In this document: in pieces, positions 41,717 through 52,977 of the stretch
Layout of the letters: the number at the start of each line of letters is the position of its first letter
Numbering within the stretch: the stretch's first letter is position 1
Source: Methanomicrobiales archaeon
GTDB lineage: Archaea > Halobacteriota > Methanomicrobia > Methanomicrobiales > Methanospirillaceae
Direction: 5' to 3'
Assembly (NCBI GenBank): GCA_037137755.1
Contig: JBAXJR010000011.1
Location: 1-60,813 of the forward strand
DNA: 60,813 nt
Made by a program: the position numbers and the translations under genes
Notes under the pieces: model-generated
The model's database searches: none
The model's input: the letters and a program-made list of their open reading frames with translations, nothing else
What the model was told of the DNA's origin: nothing

Positions 41717-42250
41717 TTATTCCTTTTTTGAAGAATCCTTCTTAATCTCGATCTTTTTGGGTATCTTTCTGATAGAGACACAGTTCACCACGGCTTCTCC
41801 GGTGAATATGTATCGTTGAATAATAGTCCCGAGTACCTCAACGACATCATCCTTTTTGATCGTTTCCTGAGGACTTGTGAACATCTTTACAGATATCTCA
41901 CCAGTCCTGTCAGCGACAAGGAATTGCGGCCGATTGAGGAACTGGAAATAGGTACGTTCCACAACACCTTCGATCCTGATGACCTGTCCCATCATACCCT
42001 TGTTGATCATCTTAATCCGGACCGGTCTTGCCTCCCGTTCATATTCAGGGACGAGTTCGATATACTGCTTCTGGCTCATGTAATTGAGCGCCATTGGTAT
42101 CACGAGGAGGAGAACCACCGCGGGAATGCCAAATAACAGCAGCATCGTATCGCCTGAACTGGAATAGGCAAAAGATAAAAGAATTGTGAAGAGAACGACC
42201 ACCGCAAGCGCGACGATCGATATCCTCACAGTTATATTTCCGATTTTCAT
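41717..42250 (-). CDS. Membrane-anchored OB-fold protein
   Basis: Two N-terminal TMs; IEGVVE...VADRTGEISV...DVVEVLG OB-fold pattern. Confidence 0.7.
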   Translation of the reverse strand: MKIGNITVRISIVALAVVVLFTILLSFAYSSSGDTMLLLFGIPAVVLLLVIPMALNYMSQKQYIELVPEYEREARPVRIKMINKGMMGQVIRIEGVVERTYFQFLNRPQFLVADRTGEISVKMFTSPQETIKKDDVVEVLGTIIQRYIFTGEAVVNCVSIRKIPKKIEIKKDSSKKE

Positions 42251-42261
42251 CCGGGTTTACT

Positions 42262-43140
42262 CTACTTTAGCGCGGCGATCTCTTTTCTGAACGCGACCCA
42301 GTAGATCACACCGACGAAGAATAACGCCCCGACGATATTACCGATGGTGACGATAATGATATTATTCGTCCACATAGTGACCCAGTTGAGCCCGGCATTT
42401 ATCTTGGTCGGGTCAGTGATGAATCCCTGTGTCATGATCCCTGCGGGGATGAAATACATGTTCGCGACAGAGTGTTCGAAACCGCTGGAAACGAAGGCCA
42501 TGATCGGGAACCAGATCCCAAAGAACTTCCCGACCATGTCGTCAGAACAAATTCCGAGCAGGATAGCGAGGTTGACAAGCCAGTTACAGGCGATTCCCTT
42601 GAGGAATGCGGACCACATACCCGCGACACCCACATAACTTACCTTCGCCGACGCGATAGCTATCGCCCTCGTACCGAACGCTGTTACTGTTGCAGCTCCG
42701 GCTGCGTCCCAGGTAGTGAAGGGGCCGTATGCCATGATGTAAGCAAATACCAGAGAGCCGATAAGGTTCCCGATATAGACCCAGACCCACAGGTTGAGGA
42801 CCTGCATCCAGCTGACCTTGTGAATAAATGCTGCCATCGGGGCGAGCATTGCGTCACCAGTGAAGAGTTCTGCACCAGTTAACACGGTGATGATAAGTCC
42901 GACAGGGAACACCGCACCAAGAATGAGCTGCGAGAACCCTGCACTAGCCGTACCGTAGCGCAGCGCAACATCAGTTGCCATAATACCAGTTGAACAGACC
43001 GTTGCTAGGGCTGCACCCATGGCGATGTAAGCCCCTGACATGAAACCACGCATTACCATGTTCCATGCCGGAAGGCTTACCTTGTACTTACCAGCGTCAC
43101 CGGCTTTCGCAACGATGGCTACTGGGGGATGAAATACCAT
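42262..43140 (-). CDS. fdhC: Formate/nitrite transporter
   Basis: FPVGL, GAELFTG, GIACNWLV, GFEHSVANM, GNIVG. Confidence 0.92.
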   Translation of the reverse strand: MVFHPPVAIVAKAGDAGKYKVSLPAWNMVMRGFMSGAYIAMGAALATVCSTGIMATDVALRYGTASAGFSQLILGAVFPVGLIITVLTGAELFTGDAMLAPMAAFIHKVSWMQVLNLWVWVYIGNLIGSLVFAYIMAYGPFTTWDAAGAATVTAFGTRAIAIASAKVSYVGVAGMWSAFLKGIACNWLVNLAILLGICSDDMVGKFFGIWFPIMAFVSSGFEHSVANMYFIPAGIMTQGFITDPTKINAGLNWVTMWTNNIIIVTIGNIVGALFFVGVIYWVAFRKEIAALK

Positions 43141-43360
43141 TTTTTTACACCTCTCCGTTTGTCATACCTATACTCCCTTATGGAATTCGTCTTTCGTATA
43201 GGTTCAGATTAAAATCCTTTGTGGTTTTATTAATAACTTTCTTTTTGTTATTCGGGCTTAAATTGAATAAAATGAATCAAATTACGTAGATGTGGGCCTT
43301 TTTTAGTTACCCATACCAGTAAACTTTGGAAATAGTCAACCAGACTTCATTAAGGATTTT

Positions 43361-44125
43361 TTACACAGGTCTCCTTCTTCCAGATCCGTCGCGCGAATAG
43401 TTCCCGAATTCACTATCCAGCAGCTTTTCACCCGAAAATACCGGTCCGTCGCTGCATACGCGGAGCCCGGAGGGGTCGATGCAGCAGGAACCGCAGACAC
43501 CACAACCGCACTTCATGTACCGGTGGAGGCTGAATTTTCCGCGCTCCTCAAGCCCTTGCTCGCGAAGGCGGATGAGAACTGCGGACATCATCTTTTCCGG
43601 CCCGCAAACACACACCTGCGAATACCGGTCAAGGGAGAGGTCATCCATCCCCTGCACTGAAAAACCCTTTGTACCGGCAGAACCATCATCGGTCATGATT
43701 TTTAGTTCTGTCACCGTTTCCAGGTTTTTCCGGAAGAGGAGTTCATCCGCATTACGCGCTCCCATGATAAATGTCGATACTACCCCCGTCATCGCAAGGG
43801 GCAGGAGGGGTGCAGCACCCACGCCGCCCGCAATTGCGAGCGTATCATCCTTCAATGCAAACCCGTTGCCAAAAGGGCCCCTGATCCCTATGGTATCACC
43901 CTTTTTCATTGACAGCAGGGCAGTGGTCGCATCGCCTGCCTTCTGCACGGTAATGGAAGACGGTGAGGACAGTGCCATCGGGACCTCGTCAACACCCGGG
44001 ACCCAGACCATGACAAACTGCCCGGGATTGAATGAGAACCGGTGATCAAACCAGAGGGTGGAGACGGATGGGGTCTCCCTGGTGACTTCCGTAATCCGGA
44101 CCCCTGCCGAAAGGTGATCACCCAT
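43361..44125 (-). CDS. pyrK: Dihydroorotate dehydrogenase electron transfer subunit
   Basis: PGQFVMVW, RGPFGNGF, AGGVG, CGPE, MKCGCGVCGSC...VCSDGPVF. Confidence 0.93.
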   Translation of the reverse strand: MGDHLSAGVRITEVTRETPSVSTLWFDHRFSFNPGQFVMVWVPGVDEVPMALSSPSSITVQKAGDATTALLSMKKGDTIGIRGPFGNGFALKDDTLAIAGGVGAAPLLPLAMTGVVSTFIMGARNADELLFRKNLETVTELKIMTDDGSAGTKGFSVQGMDDLSLDRYSQVCVCGPEKMMSAVLIRLREQGLEERGKFSLHRYMKCGCGVCGSCCIDPSGLRVCSDGPVFSGEKLLDSEFGNYSRDGSGRRRPV

Positions 44126-45005
44126 GTGCACACCCTACAATCTCTTTTGGAGGTATACCCTCTGGTGAATAGAGCGTGTCACGAATCGAGCCGAATATAT
44201 CAGGGTCATTAATAACAGCGCTGCCGATCTGGACTGCTGAAGCCCCGGCCATCATCATCTCCACCACATCGTGTGCAGACGAGACACCGCCACAACCGAT
44301 AACCGGGATGCTGCATGCCTCGTAGAGCTCGTAGACACATCTGACAGCGATGGGGAATATCGCAGGGCCCGATAATCCGCCAAACCTGTTACCAAGGACC
44401 GGGCGCCTGAGATCGGTAGAAATCCGCATCGCTTTAACAGTATTGATGGCAACGATCCCATCGGCACCACCCCGTTCGGCAGCTAGCCCGCAGGCAGTGA
44501 TATCAGTGACATTCGGGGTCAGTTTTACCCACACAGGTACCCCGAGGGATTTGACCGCCTTTGTACATGCCTCTACCATGCACGGATCACTACCGATCGC
44601 AGCACCGTACCCTTCAGCATGCGGGCAGCTCAGGTTCAGCTCGATCCCGGAAACCCTGCCCCTGAACCACGAGGCTACTTCGCGGAATTCCTCCGGATTC
44701 CCACCAAAAACGCTTGTAACAACAGGTTTTCCACTGAGGGGGGCCAGTTCAGTTAAAAAGTCCTTCGATGGGTTGGGAAGGCCCATCGCATTGATCAGGC
44801 CGCCATTGACCTCGGCAAAACAGGGGCCGGGATGCCCTTCATGCGGGAACGGCCCGATCGATTTGGTGACCACCGCTCCTGCCCCCGATGAAAGAACACG
44901 GGCAAGTGATGCACCGGTTGTCCCGAGTACCCCTGCGGCGAGGATAAGATGGTTCTCCATTGGGACACCACCTGCCGTGACACTGCCAGTTTTCAGCCTG
45001 ATCAT
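44118..45005 (-). CDS. pyrD: Dihydroorotate dehydrogenase family 1B
   Basis: NAMGLPNP, ELNLSCPH, VKLTPN, INT, GGLSG. Confidence 0.94.
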   Translation of the reverse strand: MIRLKTGSVTAGGVPMENHLILAAGVLGTTGASLARVLSSGAGAVVTKSIGPFPHEGHPGPCFAEVNGGLINAMGLPNPSKDFLTELAPLSGKPVVTSVFGGNPEEFREVASWFRGRVSGIELNLSCPHAEGYGAAIGSDPCMVEACTKAVKSLGVPVWVKLTPNVTDITACGLAAERGGADGIVAINTVKAMRISTDLRRPVLGNRFGGLSGPAIFPIAVRCVYELYEACSIPVIGCGGVSSAHDVVEMMMAGASAVQIGSAVINDPDIFGSIRDTLYSPEGIPPKEIVGCAHG

Positions 45006-45066
45006 CCAGAAGAAAGATAGTTTCAATTGTAATTATTTATTCTCGTGAAAACCAATACTAGAAGTC

Positions 45067-45933
45067 ATGACATGCCTTTCGGTACTGGGGGCAGGAAAGA
45101 TCGGGGGCGAAGTGGCGTACCTCGCATCCGTGCTCGGTATCATCGAAAAACTGATCATCTATGATGTAAATAAACCGTTTCTCCGCGCCCAGGTGCTGGA
45201 CCTTATGCATGCCGGTCTCGATATTGAGATCAGTACTGATCCCTGGACTGCCAAGGAATCTGATATCTGCGTGTTTGCTGCAGGTTTTCCAAGGGACCCC
45301 ACGGTAAAAACGAGGGCTGACCTCCTCCGCGTGAACCTGCCTGTCGCGGCGCAGTGCAGCAGGCCACTCCATGATTATGACGGGGTCCTTATCACCGTGA
45401 CAAACCCTATGGACGTGAATAACTATTTCTTCGCTAAAGAGACCGGGATTGATCCAAGGCAGTGCATCGGCTTCGGCGGACAACTTGATAGTGCCCGGTA
45501 TGCAATCGCACTGAGGAAGAGAGAGATCAGGGGGCAGGCATGGGTAATTGGGGACCATGGGGAACACCAGGTGCCCGTCTTTTCGACCCTCCCGGAAGTG
45601 GTGTCAATCGACACCAGGGAAGAGGTGCTTGCCGAAATGAGGAGTGCAAGCATGGAGGTTATTGAGGGGAAAGGGGGTACCGTATTCGGGCCTGCCTGGC
45701 ATATTACTGACCTCATCAGGATGATCAGCAGGGACAGCCGTTCACTCATCACCTGCTCGTGTGTCCTCACCGGAGAATACGGGATAGAGGACTGCTCACT
45801 CGGTGTACCCGCACGGGTTGGACGAAACGGAATTCACAAAATAGAGGAATGGAAGCTAGACGATTGGGAGCAGTCCCATTTACAGGCAGCAGCGGAAACA
45901 ACCAGGGAACTCTGCAGGAACGCGGATGACTGA
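45067..45933 (+). CDS. mdh: Malate/lactate dehydrogenase family protein
   Basis: GAGKIG, TRADLL, VTNPMD, LDSAR, GDHGE. Substrate not certain. Confidence 0.8.
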   Translation: MTCLSVLGAGKIGGEVAYLASVLGIIEKLIIYDVNKPFLRAQVLDLMHAGLDIEISTDPWTAKESDICVFAAGFPRDPTVKTRADLLRVNLPVAAQCSRPLHDYDGVLITVTNPMDVNNYFFAKETGIDPRQCIGFGGQLDSARYAIALRKREIRGQAWVIGDHGEHQVPVFSTLPEVVSIDTREEVLAEMRSASMEVIEGKGGTVFGPAWHITDLIRMISRDSRSLITCSCVLTGEYGIEDCSLGVPARVGRNGIHKIEEWKLDDWEQSHLQAAAETTRELCRNADD

Positions 45934-48394
45934 ACCGGTGGCATCAGGTCCGCAGACAACCATCCCGCCGGGACAACCCGGGGTACCATGTACCCTGAAC
46001 GTCGGAATAATCCAGGTGGAATACAGCAATACCCCGGATGGACCACTCATCCATATATTCGGCCGGGACGGGCAGGGGCAGGCGCAGCACCTCCAGGTAA
46101 CAGGTTTTAAACCATATTTTTACGTCCCGGCTGGGGAAGCAGATGGAAAACCGCTTGCACAATCGATCACCGCTGATACGGAGAACACCTATTATTCGAT
46201 ACACCGCGAACCGTTGAGGCGGCTCTATACTCAGCGCCCTGGTGATGTGCGGGAACTGCGTGAAAAATACCACCATTGCGAGGCAGATATCCCATTTGCG
46301 ACCCGTTTCCTGATCGATACCGGCCTCACCGGGGGTGTGGAGGCCCCCACCCCGATCGCTGACTATCGGGACCTGAAAAAGTCAGGGGTGTCTTCCCCGG
46401 CCCGCGTCTGCATGCTGGATATCGAGTGCGAGGACGAGCGCGGGTTCCCGGAACCCGAACGCGACAGGATCATCTGCCTGACTGCCTGGGACTCGTTCCT
46501 GGACCATTACACATCGTTTGTCTCAAGTCCCTCCGGGGACGCCTACGATTTTTCCTCCCGGATGGCAACCGGTGGCCTGAAAAACGGCTGTTTTGCACAC
46601 GGGAAGCATACGATCTGCACGTATGCCGGTGAAAAGGCGATGCTCGGGGGGTTTACTGACTATATCAGGAACATGGACCCTGACATTCTTTCAGGTTGGA
46701 ATTTCGTCGATTTCGATATGCCCTATATCACCGGAAGGATGGAGGCCATCGGTCTTAATCCAACCCTTTTGTCAAGGCTGCTAGGCCAGAGCGAACGAAA
46801 TGCAGTCCGCGGGCGTGCGCTCTTCGACCTGCTGTCGGGATATAAAAAGATGCAACTGTCCGAGCAGGAGTCCTACCGGCTCGATGCAATTGCCCAGGCT
46901 GAACTGGGTGATGCAAAGGTCCGCTATAAAGGCGGGGTGAGTGACCTCTGGAAGAGCGATCCAGAGCTCCTGGTGGAATATAACTTCAAGGACGTGGAAC
47001 TATGCGTCCGAATCAACCAGAAAAACAACATCATTGAATTTTATCGTGAGATCGCGCGGTATGTCGGCTGTCCACTTGACCGGACCCTGAATTCCTCGAA
47101 TGTCATCGACATTTATATTCTCAGGAAGGCACACGGCCGCTATGTGCTTCCCTCTAAGGGTTTCGCTGCAGCCAACGAGTTTGAAGGGGCCACCGTTTTC
47201 GACCCGAGCCGAGGCCTGCGTTCAAACGTCGTGGTCCTCGACCTGAAATCGCTCTATCCGATGGCGATGATGACGATCAATGCATCCCCTGAGACGAAAG
47301 ACCCGGACGGGGAACTCCGGGCACCGAACGGGGTTCGGTTCCGCAAGGAGCCGGACGGGCTGACGCGGAGTATTATTGCAGAGCTCCTGGGAGAACGGGA
47401 CGAGAAAAAACGCCAGCGCAACCTCCATGCATTTGGTTCTCCGGAATACGTGCTCCTTGACCTCCAGCAGAATGTCCTGAAGGTAATAATGAATACCTAT
47501 TACGGGGTGAGCGGGTATACGAGGTTCAGGCTCTATGACAGGGAGATAGGTTCAGCAGTCACATCGGTAGGCCGGGCGATTATTGAACATACGAGAAATG
47601 TGATTGAAAGGGCAGGATACCGCGTGATTTATGGGGATACCGATTCCTGCATGGTCCAGTTACCAGCCATGGGTATTGATGAAACGATAGCGAACGCCCG
47701 GCTGATCGAAAAGGAGCTGAACGAAAGTTACGGAGATTTTGCGAAACGGGAACTGAACGCCGGCACACACTTCTTTTCTATCAAATTCGAAAAGATCTAT
47801 GGCAGTTTCTTCCAGGCAGGGAAGAAAAAACGGTATGCCGGCCACCTTACGTGGAAGGAGGGGAAGATTGTCGATGAGATCGACATCGTCGGTTTCGAGA
47901 TCAGGAGAAGTGATTACCCACAAATCACAAAAAGGGTCCAGATGAAGGTGATGGAGATGATCCTTCACGGGGAGCCCTTTGACGTGATCAGGAACTATCT
48001 CGGGACGATTATCAAGGACTACCGTGGCGCCCGATATTCTCTTGACGAGATAGGGATCCCTGGTGGTATTGGCAAGCAACTCGCCGATTACGATATTGAC
48101 GACGCACATATACGGGGTGCAAAATACTCGAATGAGTTCCTTGGCATGGAATTTTCAAAAGGCAGTAAACCGAAACGGGTCTATATCAAGGGGGTAAAAT
48201 CAAAGTACCAACGGACCGATGTCCTCTGTTTCGAATACGGTGACCAGGTACCTCCCGAATTTACCATAGATTACGAGATGATGCTTGACAAGACGATCAA
48301 GCAGCCGATCTCGCGTATCATTGAAGCCCTTGGGTGGAACTGGGCAAGTATTGACCCGTCAAGGACTACCCTTGCACAGTTCGGGCTGGGATGA
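45926..48394 (+). CDS. polB: Family B DNA polymerase
   Basis: Exo DIE and GWNFVDFD; polymerase motifs DLKSLYP, KVIMNTYYG, YGDTDS, KKRYAG. Confidence 0.96.
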   Translation: MTEPVASGPQTTIPPGQPGVPCTLNVGIIQVEYSNTPDGPLIHIFGRDGQGQAQHLQVTGFKPYFYVPAGEADGKPLAQSITADTENTYYSIHREPLRRLYTQRPGDVRELREKYHHCEADIPFATRFLIDTGLTGGVEAPTPIADYRDLKKSGVSSPARVCMLDIECEDERGFPEPERDRIICLTAWDSFLDHYTSFVSSPSGDAYDFSSRMATGGLKNGCFAHGKHTICTYAGEKAMLGGFTDYIRNMDPDILSGWNFVDFDMPYITGRMEAIGLNPTLLSRLLGQSERNAVRGRALFDLLSGYKKMQLSEQESYRLDAIAQAELGDAKVRYKGGVSDLWKSDPELLVEYNFKDVELCVRINQKNNIIEFYREIARYVGCPLDRTLNSSNVIDIYILRKAHGRYVLPSKGFAAANEFEGATVFDPSRGLRSNVVVLDLKSLYPMAMMTINASPETKDPDGELRAPNGVRFRKEPDGLTRSIIAELLGERDEKKRQRNLHAFGSPEYVLLDLQQNVLKVIMNTYYGVSGYTRFRLYDREIGSAVTSVGRAIIEHTRNVIERAGYRVIYGDTDSCMVQLPAMGIDETIANARLIEKELNESYGDFAKRELNAGTHFFSIKFEKIYGSFFQAGKKKRYAGHLTWKEGKIVDEIDIVGFEIRRSDYPQITKRVQMKVMEMILHGEPFDVIRNYLGTIIKDYRGARYSLDEIGIPGGIGKQLADYDIDDAHIRGAKYSNEFLGMEFSKGSKPKRVYIKGVKSKYQRTDVLCFEYGDQVPPEFTIDYEMMLDKTIKQPISRIIEALGWNWASIDPSRTTLAQFGLG

Positions 48395-48605
48395 GCCGCC
48401 CAACGGAACCGGTTCATTATTTTTTCCGCCATAACGACGCCGATCGAGATCATGAACCCACTCTTTTCGTTACAGCCTTTTTTGAAAAATATTCTGCTTA
48501 AAGGTTATGCCCTAACCCAATACGATAAACATTCGGGCAGAATTCCCCTGAAATATCCCGGTCAATAAAGCCAAAAAGAATGTATGGGGAGGTTATCCGA
48601 AATCT

Positions 48606-49076
48606 TCACGCAGTGGATACTACGCCGGATGCTGCCGGGTTTGTTGAAGAAGTTGCATTTGATCCATACCACGACGTGGTACTGTGATGAAGGAGATTTT
48701 TCCCCTTACCGGAAATCAGCATGATCATGGTATAGGTGCCATTATCTGACCTTTTCATGGCAATTTCAATAGGGTTATCGGGCGTCACGGAATCAAAGAT
48801 TTTTTTATCGCTGAAGAGTACCTTGCCATCTTTTTGTACCTGGTAGGTTGCCGTGACAGGTCCGGTCATAATCACTGCAGGAATATAGCGGAATGTCAGG
48901 TAGTTCTCATCAGATACCACCTGTGCCGTGAACGTGAGGTTTGACCCGACTGCCTGCCCGCCAGTCTGCAGTGACCCGGGTAGAATCATGCCATTCATAT
49001 AGAAAAGCCCGAGTGTGACAGCGACGATGACCGCTACGATACCGATAAAGATTCCCTGTTCTTTTTCCATTAGCAA
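48606..49076 (-). CDS. Membrane-anchored hypothetical protein
   Basis: N-terminal TM, beta-rich extracellular region, Ser/Thr tail. Confidence 0.6.
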   Translation of the reverse strand: MLMEKEQGIFIGIVAVIVAVTLGLFYMNGMILPGSLQTGGQAVGSNLTFTAQVVSDENYLTFRYIPAVIMTGPVTATYQVQKDGKVLFSDKKIFDSVTPDNPIEIAMKRSDNGTYTMIMLISGKGKNLLHHSTTSWYGSNATSSTNPAASGVVSTA

Positions 49077-49350
49077 GGCTCCGTAATGTTAGCTTATAGG
49101 TATACCGGGGAATTAAAAGACTTAACCGGATTTATCCATCTTTCGAATGGTCCGTGTCACAATCATAACCAGGAGTGGCCCGACCAGGCAGAGTGAAACA
49201 TTTCAATAAGATTGGCAATGTCCCGGGGCGCCCCCTCATGGATTTATGTAAGAGGGCACCAAACCATCTGGTACCATACATTCGTTATCCAACCCGGGAC
49301 CCACTACCCGGGGATTTCCGGTAACCCTTCTGACCAGGTGAGAACGTTTC

Positions 49351-50688
49351 ATGAGCAGTAACCGCCCCATTCCAAGGATCCTTATCGCAGGGACACATAG
49401 CGGATGCGGTAAAACAACCATTGCACGTGGCCTGATGCAGGCATTCACCTCGCAGGGGTTCGTAGTGCAGCCGTTCAAAGTGGGCCCTGATTTCATTGAC
49501 CCGACCCACCATACCACCATCTGCGGGAGGAACTCGAGGAACCTTGACCCCTTTATGATGGGCGAAGGAGGGGTCAGGGAGACCTTTGTTCATGCCACCC
49601 GGGGCGCTGACATTGCCGTTATTGAAGGAGTCATGGGTATGTTCGACGGGCTCGACGGGACACTGGAATCAAGTACAGCCCACGTTGCCGATCTCCTGGA
49701 CACACCTGTTATCCTCGTTGTGGACGTGAAAGGGATGTCACGGAGTGCAAATGCTATTGTCCGCGGGTTTACCGGTTCCCAGGGTGGCGAACGGGTTGCA
49801 GGGGTGATCTTCAACCGGTTGGGCAGCGAACGCCACAGGACACTGATCGAACGGTCAGCTGGCAGGAACATACTCGGGTGGATGAAAAGGAGACCGGGGC
49901 TTGAGGTAAAGAGCCGGCACCTCGGGCTGGTCATGGCATCGGAGGTCGACAATGATTCGGCAGCAGGAGAAGCGGTCTGCGAGGACTGTGATACCCGGGC
50001 CATCCTTGAGATCGCACGCAATACCAGCCCGTTCGCTGTTCAGGAACCGCTGCCTGAAGGTACCGGGGACAGGCCGGTCATCGGGATCGCACACGACGAG
50101 GCCTTCTGTTTTTATTACCAGGATAACCTTGACCGGCTTGTAGCTTCTGGCGCTGAACTGGTCTTTTTCAGCCCCTTACGTGACCCACTCCCCGAAACAG
50201 ATGCAATATACCTCGGCGGAGGATATCCGGAACTCCATGCCGGGGCACTTGAAGCATCACCCGCCACGAAAGCGGTTGCAGCGGCTGGAGACCGGGGTAT
50301 GCCCATTTATGCGGAATGCGGCGGGCTGCTGTATCTCACCCGGGGAATACAGACAGACAGGGAGTACCGGATGGCCGGGGTCCTTCCCGCATGCGCGGAG
50401 ATGACCGGTTCAGTCCAGGCACTCGGGTACTCTGATGGCCGGGGTAGCGGGAAAAATTCGTATATCAGCCCTGGAATGAAAATAAGAGGGCATGAATTCC
50501 ATTATTCCCGCATTGAGTGCATGCCGGACGCACGGTTTATTATTGAACTTTCGCGTGGCAAGGGGATTTCCGGCAGCAGGGACGGGCTATCGGAACATGA
50601 AACCACCGGGAGTTACACCCACAGTTACTTTACACGTGAGTTTTCGGATTCGTTTGTCAACGCAGCACGCAGATTTAAGAAGCAGTAG
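49351..50688 (+). CDS. cbiA: Cobyrinate (or Ni-sirohydrochlorin) a,c-diamide synthase
   Basis: SGCGKTT, FKVGPDFID, IEGVMG, AFCFYY, GGGYPE, AECGG, GHEFHYS. CbiA versus CfbB cannot be resolved by eye. Confidence 0.85.
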   Translation: MSSNRPIPRILIAGTHSGCGKTTIARGLMQAFTSQGFVVQPFKVGPDFIDPTHHTTICGRNSRNLDPFMMGEGGVRETFVHATRGADIAVIEGVMGMFDGLDGTLESSTAHVADLLDTPVILVVDVKGMSRSANAIVRGFTGSQGGERVAGVIFNRLGSERHRTLIERSAGRNILGWMKRRPGLEVKSRHLGLVMASEVDNDSAAGEAVCEDCDTRAILEIARNTSPFAVQEPLPEGTGDRPVIGIAHDEAFCFYYQDNLDRLVASGAELVFFSPLRDPLPETDAIYLGGGYPELHAGALEASPATKAVAAAGDRGMPIYAECGGLLYLTRGIQTDREYRMAGVLPACAEMTGSVQALGYSDGRGSGKNSYISPGMKIRGHEFHYSRIECMPDARFIIELSRGKGISGSRDGLSEHETTGSYTHSYFTREFSDSFVNAARRFKKQ

Positions 50689-50760
50689 CGGCAGCAAAGG
50701 ACAACGAAGGGATATAAAACTTCAGGGCATATAATCACCGGTAGGAAAGAGGTTTTTCTC

Positions 50761-52407
50761 ATGCGGAGTGACGAGGTTAAATCAGGGTACCAGCGGGCAC
50801 CGAACCGTTCGCTTCTCAGGTCGCTCGGAGTGACTGACCGGGAGATGGGGCTTCCTTTCATCGGGATTGCCAATGCTTACAACACGATTGTCCCCGGGCA
50901 CGTCCACCTCCGGACCCTTACCGAAAAGGTCAAAGAAGGGATCATTGCAGCCGGGGGAGTGCCGTTCGAATTTGGCGTGATTGGGATCTGCGACGGGATT
51001 GCAATGGGCCACGAGGGGATGCGGTATTCGCTCCCTTCGAGAGAGAACATCGCGGATTCGATAGAGCTGATGACGGAAGCCCACAGGTTTGACGGGCTCG
51101 TCTGCGTAGGTACCTGCGATAAAATCGTTCCCGGGATGCTGATGGCAGCCGCACGCTGTAACATTCCCTCGATTGTGTTAACAGGTGGACCAATGCTCTC
51201 CGGTTACCTCGCCGGGAAGGAATTGTCCCTTATCGATATTTTTGAGGGGGTCGGAAAAGTAGCTGCCGGAACAATGAGCGAATCTGCCCTGCAGGAGCTC
51301 GAATGTTGTGCAATGCCCGGTTGCGGGAGCTGCCAGGGGCTTTATACGGCAAATACGATGGCGTGCATGACCGAGGCAATGGGGATGTCGCTCCCGGGTT
51401 GCGCCGCGATCCCTGCAGTCGATGCCGCAAAACTCAGAATAGCCCGTGAAAGCGGAGAGCGGGTCCTTGACCTCGTGAGAGGGAACATCCGGCCCCGGGA
51501 TATTATCACCATCGACAGCCTCTCAAATGCGATCAGGGTCGATATGGCCTTAGGGGGCTCCACCAATACGGTTCTTCACCTGATGGCAATCGCCGTTGAA
51601 GCAGGGGTACCCCTAGACCTCGGCCACTTCAACGAAATTGGTGAAAAAACACCTCATATATGTCACATGCAGCCAAGCGGGCCTCATTCAATGCAGACAC
51701 TCTACCGGGCAGGAGGGATCCCGGCAGTTTTCAAAGAGCTTTCAGCATTGCTTGCCGATACCCCGACGGTCTCGGGAATGAGCGTCCGGCAGATTGCAAA
51801 ATCAGCAGTTGTTCGTGATGCAAACGTTATAAAGAGCATAAATTCTCCAGTCAGCCCGGCAGGTGGCCTGAAAATTCTCAAGGGGTCGCTGGCCCCTGAC
51901 GGGGGTGTGGTAAAATGCGCGGCAGTCCCAAAGGAGATGTGGGTCCACCAGGGTCCGGCGAGGGTATTTGATGGAGAAACGGCTGCAATGAAGGCGATCC
52001 TTGCCAGGGAGGTTAAGGAGGGGGATGTTGTCGTTATCCGGTACGAGGGGCCGCGTGGTGCCCCGGGTATGCCCGAGATGCTTTCTCCCACATCTGCGCT
52101 GATGGGACTGGGGTATACCAGGGTAGCACTTGTCACCGACGGTCGTTTCTCGGGAGGTACCCGCGGCCCGTGTATAGGGCATATTGCGCCGGAAGCGGCT
52201 ATTGGAGGACCGATCGCACTCGTCAGAAACGGGGATATGATAGCATTGGACCTGTTTAAGAAGACGCTTGACCTTCAGGTGCCGGACGTGGAACTGGCCA
52301 CCCGGAAAAGCGGGTGGAAATCCCCGGTAAAACCACTGACAGGCGTGCTCTCCCGTTATGCAGCAAGTGTTGGCCAGGCGAACCTGGGTGCCGTACAGAA
52401 ACCCTGA
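50761..52407 (+). CDS. ilvD: Dihydroxy-acid dehydratase
   Basis: [35 protein letters not shown]. Confidence 0.96.
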   Translation: MRSDEVKSGYQRAPNRSLLRSLGVTDREMGLPFIGIANAYNTIVPGHVHLRTLTEKVKEGIIAAGGVPFEFGVIGICDGIAMGHEGMRYSLPSRENIADSIELMTEAHRFDGLVCVGTCDKIVPGMLMAAARCNIPSIVLTGGPMLSGYLAGKELSLIDIFEGVGKVAAGTMSESALQELECCAMPGCGSCQGLYTANTMACMTEAMGMSLPGCAAIPAVDAAKLRIARESGERVLDLVRGNIRPRDIITIDSLSNAIRVDMALGGSTNTVLHLMAIAVEAGVPLDLGHFNEIGEKTPHICHMQPSGPHSMQTLYRAGGIPAVFKELSALLADTPTVSGMSVRQIAKSAVVRDANVIKSINSPVSPAGGLKILKGSLAPDGGVVKCAAVPKEMWVHQGPARVFDGETAAMKAILAREVKEGDVVVIRYEGPRGAPGMPEMLSPTSALMGLGYTRVALVTDGRFSGGTRGPCIGHIAPEAAIGGPIALVRNGDMIALDLFKKTLDLQVPDVELATRKSGWKSPVKPLTGVLSRYAASVGQANLGAVQKP

Positions 52408-52498
52408 ATCCAGAATGGTCAGCTGGTAACCATAATACCAGTTTTATTATTGTCTCCCTGACAGAAATTTAACAGATATTAAAAATCCGGTGTCCTCC

Positions 52499-52690
52499 AT
52501 GTCAAATTCCACCACGATGTATTGCAGCGTACTATGCTCGCACTGCGAAGGTACAGGTTGTATTTATTGTAACAAGACCGGGCACTTACTCGTAAAAGAG
52601 CCTGCATGCAGGTGCAGACACTGTGAAGGGGACGGGTGCATTTATTGCGGCTTCACGGGATGGGCCGGCCTGAAAGGAAAATATGACTGA
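52499..52690 (+). CDS. Small Cys-rich zinc-finger protein
   Basis: Two repeats of C-x-H-CEG-x-GCIYC-x-x-TG. Confidence 0.7.
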   Translation: MSNSTTMYCSVLCSHCEGTGCIYCNKTGHLLVKEPACRCRHCEGDGCIYCGFTGWAGLKGKYD

Positions 52691-52722
52691 TCCAAGGTCA
52701 TGCGGATACCGGTGAACACCAG

Positions 52723-52977
52723 ATGGATTTTATTCCGGTACTTGGTTATATCGCAGGGTTCTGCACAACGGTTGCTTTCCTCCCCCAGGTGTACAGGGCA
52801 TGGCGGACGAAATCGTGTAAGGACCTCTCACCGGGTATGCTCCTGTTATTTGCCGCAGGAATCCTGCTGTGGCTCATATACGGGATCCTGATCCAGGAAC
52901 TGCCCATAATAATCGCAAACGGTGCAACCTTTATCCTTGTGCTGGTGATTGTAATCCTCAAGTTCAGGTTCGATTAA
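52723..52977 (+). CDS. SemiSWEET / PQ-loop transporter
   Basis: 84 aa, three TMs, AFLPQV, LWLIYG, PIIIAN. Confidence 0.9.
   Translation: MDFIPVLGYIAGFCTTVAFLPQVYRAWRTKSCKDLSPGMLLLFAAGILLWLIYGILIQELPIIIANGATFILVLVIVILKFRFD

Noticed and set aside
45926-48394. PolB as a casposon or viral polymerase
   Set aside because: Cellular-type PolB overlapping an mdh-like gene among housekeeping genes; no cas1, terminal repeats or protein-priming features seen.
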